Origin: Sminthopsis crassicaudata
Taxonomy: Eukaryota
Reading direction: 5' to 3'
Assembly: GCF_048593235.1 (NCBI RefSeq)
Contig: NC_133620.1
Location: forward strand, 72,108,852 to 72,172,851
Length of the DNA: 64,000 nucleotides
Shown piece after piece: positions 60,685 to 64,000 of this stretch. The notes under the pieces are model-generated. The model ran no database searches. It was not told the origin of the DNA and saw only the letters and a list, made by a program, of their open reading frames with translations. The position numbers and the translations under genes are program-made. Each line of letters begins with the position of its first letter. Positions within the stretch are counted from its first letter, which is position 1.

Positions 60685-60905
60685 TATAAAGTTGGTATGA
60701 TGTATTGAATAGAGAGAGCTCTGGATTTGGAATCAGAAATCCTTGGAATCCAGAGTGTTCTCCACCCTCTATTTATTCACCATATATCCTTCTTCATCTG
60801 TATAATGAAGCTGATAATGCTGGTAGAATCTGTGTCCTAAGGTGGTCATGTACAAAGCACTTTGTAAACTAGAAAGCGTTATATAAATGTGAGCTGTTAT
60901 TGTGA
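60685..60905 (+). mobile_element. MIR
   Basis: ctggatttggaatcagaa...catctgtataatg...gtacaaagcactttgtaaac...tataaatgtgagctgttatt. Confidence 0.7.
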
Positions 60906-61502
60906 TAAAATCAAACTGCATTGATTGACCCTGATGAAGGGAATTTCTTAAAATACTGCTAGCCTTCTAGGAAGCAGTTAGAAGCTCTAACATCTTTTCT
61001 TAATAATGTTAGATGAGTCAAAAATACCTGATTGATTTTTTTAAAGGTGGAAATGACTAATTAGGCAAAGAATCAATAAGTAATAAGGTTGTAATTATTT
61101 TTTCAGAATAAGGACCTACCTATAAAAGGAAAAATATTCCATTCTGCCTAAATTCTCTCAACCAAAATCAGAGCTAATTCATACTCTTTTGTCTGTCTTA
61201 TTTGTGGAAAAAACTGCCACTTAAAGAATGTTTTGCTTCTGTTTAAGGCAAGGTAGGGATTGAAATTTTCCCAAAAGAGTTAAAAACTTACCCTCCCACC
61301 CCCTGAAATTCATGGATTTGTACATGCGCACATATTAATGGGGCTAGGCCCTGCAAAGTGACTCTGAGTACAGGAAACTTGCCTTCTGTCACTAACATAC
61401 AATTATGAGAATAGGGACGGGCTCTGCAATTTCATTTGTTTAGCAAATTCTAGATAGGGAACTCCCTCTACTCATGTAGGCTGGTACCTCCTCTGCAATT
61501 TA

Positions 61503-61725
61503 AAACATTCAAACTCAAAAAGAAACTGAACTACTAGACTGTACCTAAGGATCCCTGATAGTATATTGATTTAAAAAGCAACATATCAACATTGTGTTCT
61601 ATTGTATTTTTAACTATTTCCTAAATAAATATATTTAAATATGTTAAATATTTTTCAATTGCATTTTAATCTACGTCAGATCACACTCTCCATTGCTATT
61701 GTAGACTGGCTGCTTAACATCTCTG
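61503..61725. mobile_element. Marsupial hAT-type MITE, copy 3 of 3
   Basis: tcaaactcaaaaagaaa...taaggatccctg...tatattgatttaaaaa...gttctattgtattttt...ttttaatct...taacatctctg. Confidence 0.55.
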
Positions 61726-62329
61726 ACTTAAAGCATACAGAAAAGTAACACAGTCAATGAGTGTCAGAGGCAGGGCTGAAAGTCAGATTGTCCTGATTCC
61801 AAGGTCAGCTGCTTTTAGCCTTGCCATGATGCCTTCTTAAGACATTCTTCTTCAAATTGGATTTTTCTTCCTTCACTGAGAGTTTGGGGCCAACATATAT
61901 CATCTGTTCTTTGAATGAGTTACAGGAGCATAGATTTAGATTTACTAACTCCTTGGAGCCTTAAAAGATATTGAATTCAGCCCCGTCCCTTTATGTGAGA
62001 TCCAAGATTCTAAGAACCCATGATCGGATTTTGGATCCTGTGACTAAAGCACAGTGTTCTGTTCATTAAGTCTCAACCCTGTATTTCCAGGTGGTTTCTT
62101 ATCTAAACACTCACCAGATCTGCCCTGGCTTACCTCAAAAAGCTTATATGATTTGTGCACAATCTGGGTAGTGTGGCCATAGTCATTATATTATATGACA
62201 AGGAGATGGCCAAATGTAGGATGGGCTCCAGAAAAGATCTTAGAACTAAAAACTGGTAATGCTCTCTTCCATATTGAACACACTATTAGAAACTATAATA
62301 AAGATTAGGATCAAACACTGACAAGTTCA

Positions 62330-62742
62330 TGGATATGTATGCATACATGCTATATTATATATAATATGTATTATATATACACATATATAACAAATATACA
62401 TATATGACATAAATATAACTTGAATAATACAATATGTTACATATATAACATAAATATAATAATATATACACATATTTGCCACAAATATATGTGTATACAT
62501 ATGTATATATTTCATATTATATAATCCAAATACAATTTGTATACTAAATCTACATATGTATGTGCAAATATGTGTATATCTGTATATATATTACATAGTA
62601 TAAATGCAATTTATATAATACATGTAGGCCACAAATATGCATGCATCTGTGTATATATGTGTGTATCTTAACATAACCACAACTTATATAATAAATATAT
62701 ACATAATTACCACAAATATGTGTGTACACATGTGTATATATA
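62330..62742. repeat. Degenerate TA/CA-rich low-complexity tract
   Basis: About 400 bp of alternating purine-pyrimidine sequence with a recurring ccacaaatat motif. Confidence 0.9.
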
Positions 62743-62747
62743 TCCCA

Positions 62748-62803
62748 AATGGGGTCACAAAGAGTTGGACATTACTGAAATGACAGAACAACAATAACAA
62801 TAC
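62748..62803 (+). mobile_element. RTE/BovB-type 3' tail
   Basis: atggggtcacaaagagttggacattactgaaatgacagaacaacaataacaa resembles the RTE tail GGGGTCACGAAGAGTCGGACACGACTGAA(CAA)n. Confidence 0.7.
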
Positions 62804-63375
62804 ATATAATGGGGGAAAGAGAATCTGGTTTTTATAATAAGTAAACATGTATGAGCAGTCACAGGGTTACTTTTTTTCCCTGGTCCCTGTCCATCCACAG
62901 ACATTTTAATATAATCTGGTTTTTTGTTACCCAAACACTTCTAATATAGTGAATTTTGCCTCAATCATAAAGTAGCCAGATATTGACTAGAAAGAGATAT
63001 AAATACAAAATTAGGCCGAAAACCCAATCTCTGTCTAAATGTTAAGCATTTTCCTACAATGGAGGTTTAGAGAGATTGAGACTGAACTCATTTCATACAA
63101 AACAAACTCCTTCCTGTTAAAGGGAGGGAAGCTGGGAACCTTCAGGGACACTGTAGTACCCCTAGGGTAAATGAGCTAATTAGTGCAGGAGGTTTCATAA
63201 GAACCACAGCATAATGATTTAGGATTTACCAAACTTTACATAGCTGCTCACAACAACCAGCTGCCTTTCTGTTCAACCTCATTCAGTAATACAGTTTTTC
63301 CTTAATTTCAATCTAGATCTTACTCTCTGAGACTTATTCACTATTGTAGTTTTCTAGTGAATGGATCGACTAGTC

Positions 63376-63618
63376 CAGGAATTTTGTACCATTTTTGTGT
63401 CAGAGACCCCTTTGGAAGACTGAAGCCTATGCATGCTTTTTCATAATGATGTTTTTAAATACATAAAATAAAATAATATCTTACAAAAGAAAACAATTAT
63501 ATAAAAATACATTTAAAAACCTATGTGTGCATATATATGTGTGTATGTGTGTGTGTGTATACATGTGTTTGTATCTATGTATGTGTGTGTTTTTGCAGAT
63601 CCTACTTTAAGAACCCTA
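63376..63618. mobile_element. hAT-Charlie-type MITE with internal (TG)/(TA) tract
   Basis: tttttgtgtcagagacccctttgg...tgaagcctatg...tttaaatacataaaataaaat; right end ttaagaaccc. Confidence 0.55.
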
Positions 63619-63714
63619 ATCTGCTCCAGCTAAGGAAACTAAGGCCCTTAGCTGCTTGCCTGAAATAACTTGCCTAATGTGATACAGATCAAACCCAGGT
63701 TCAACAATTACTTT

Positions 63715-64000
63715 TTTTAAAAATTAAAGCTTTTTATTTTCAAAACACATGCATGGATAATTTTTCAACATTTATCCTTGGAAAGCCTTGTGTTCCAAAC
63801 TTTCTTCCCTTCCTCTGCCTCCTCCCCTAGATGACAGATAATTCAATATATATTAAACATGTTAGAAATGTAGGTTGAATTCAATATATGTATATATAGT
63901 TATCGTGCTGCACAAGAAAAAATCAGATCAAAAAGGAAAAAAATGAGAAAAAATGCAAGCAAACAAAAAAAAAGAGTGAAAATGCTATGCTGTGATCCAC
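63715..64000 (-). mobile_element. L1 3' end, running off the window
   Basis: aaagctttttattttcaaaacacatgcatggataat...gaaaaaatcagatcaaaaagg...tgctatgctgtgatccac. Confidence 0.9.

Noticed and set aside
36200-64000. LAMC2 or another protein-coding gene downstream
   Set aside because: No cysteine-patterned laminin exon, signal-peptide exon or promoter-sized CpG island was found. The listed ORFs are short and map to L1, L2, CR1 or low-complexity DNA.
1-64000. Functional tRNA, 7SL, rRNA genes or CRISPR arrays
   Set aside because: All A/B-box matches are SINE heads, the 7SL-like sequence is deleted and diverged, and there is no repeat-spacer array.

Overview
Eukaryotic, AT-rich and CpG-depleted genomic DNA from a marsupial. 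The WSINE1-type SINE and L1 3' ends suggest a dasyurid such as the Tasmanian devil; this is inferred from repeats, not proven. Bases 1 to about 36.2 kb hold the 3' half of the laminin gamma-1 gene (LAMC1, + strand): 17 GT-AG coding exons (2840 nt, exons 12-28 by analogy to the 28-exon human gene) and a 3' UTR of about 2.8 kb. Exon 21 has a +1/-1 indel pair with an in-frame TGA just before a 280-N assembly gap, most likely a sequence error. The remaining 28 kb or so is repeat-rich intergenic DNA with no recognisable coding exon; LAMC2 is expected further downstream by mammalian synteny. The most interesting locus is in intron 22: an intact-looking antisense solo LTR (TG..CA termini, 4-bp TSD) about 130 bp from an intragenic CpG island that spans exons 23-25 and carries a perfect NRF1 site. 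Also notable are an OC1-like hAT MITE, an Alu-like 7SL-derived SINE, an internally deleted L1 flanked by a TSD, and tandem poly(A) signals that would include or exclude a cluster of miRNA seed sites. There are no prokaryotic features (CRISPR, operons). Repeat family names come from recalled consensus sequences, and repeat boundaries are approximate unless a TSD is given.
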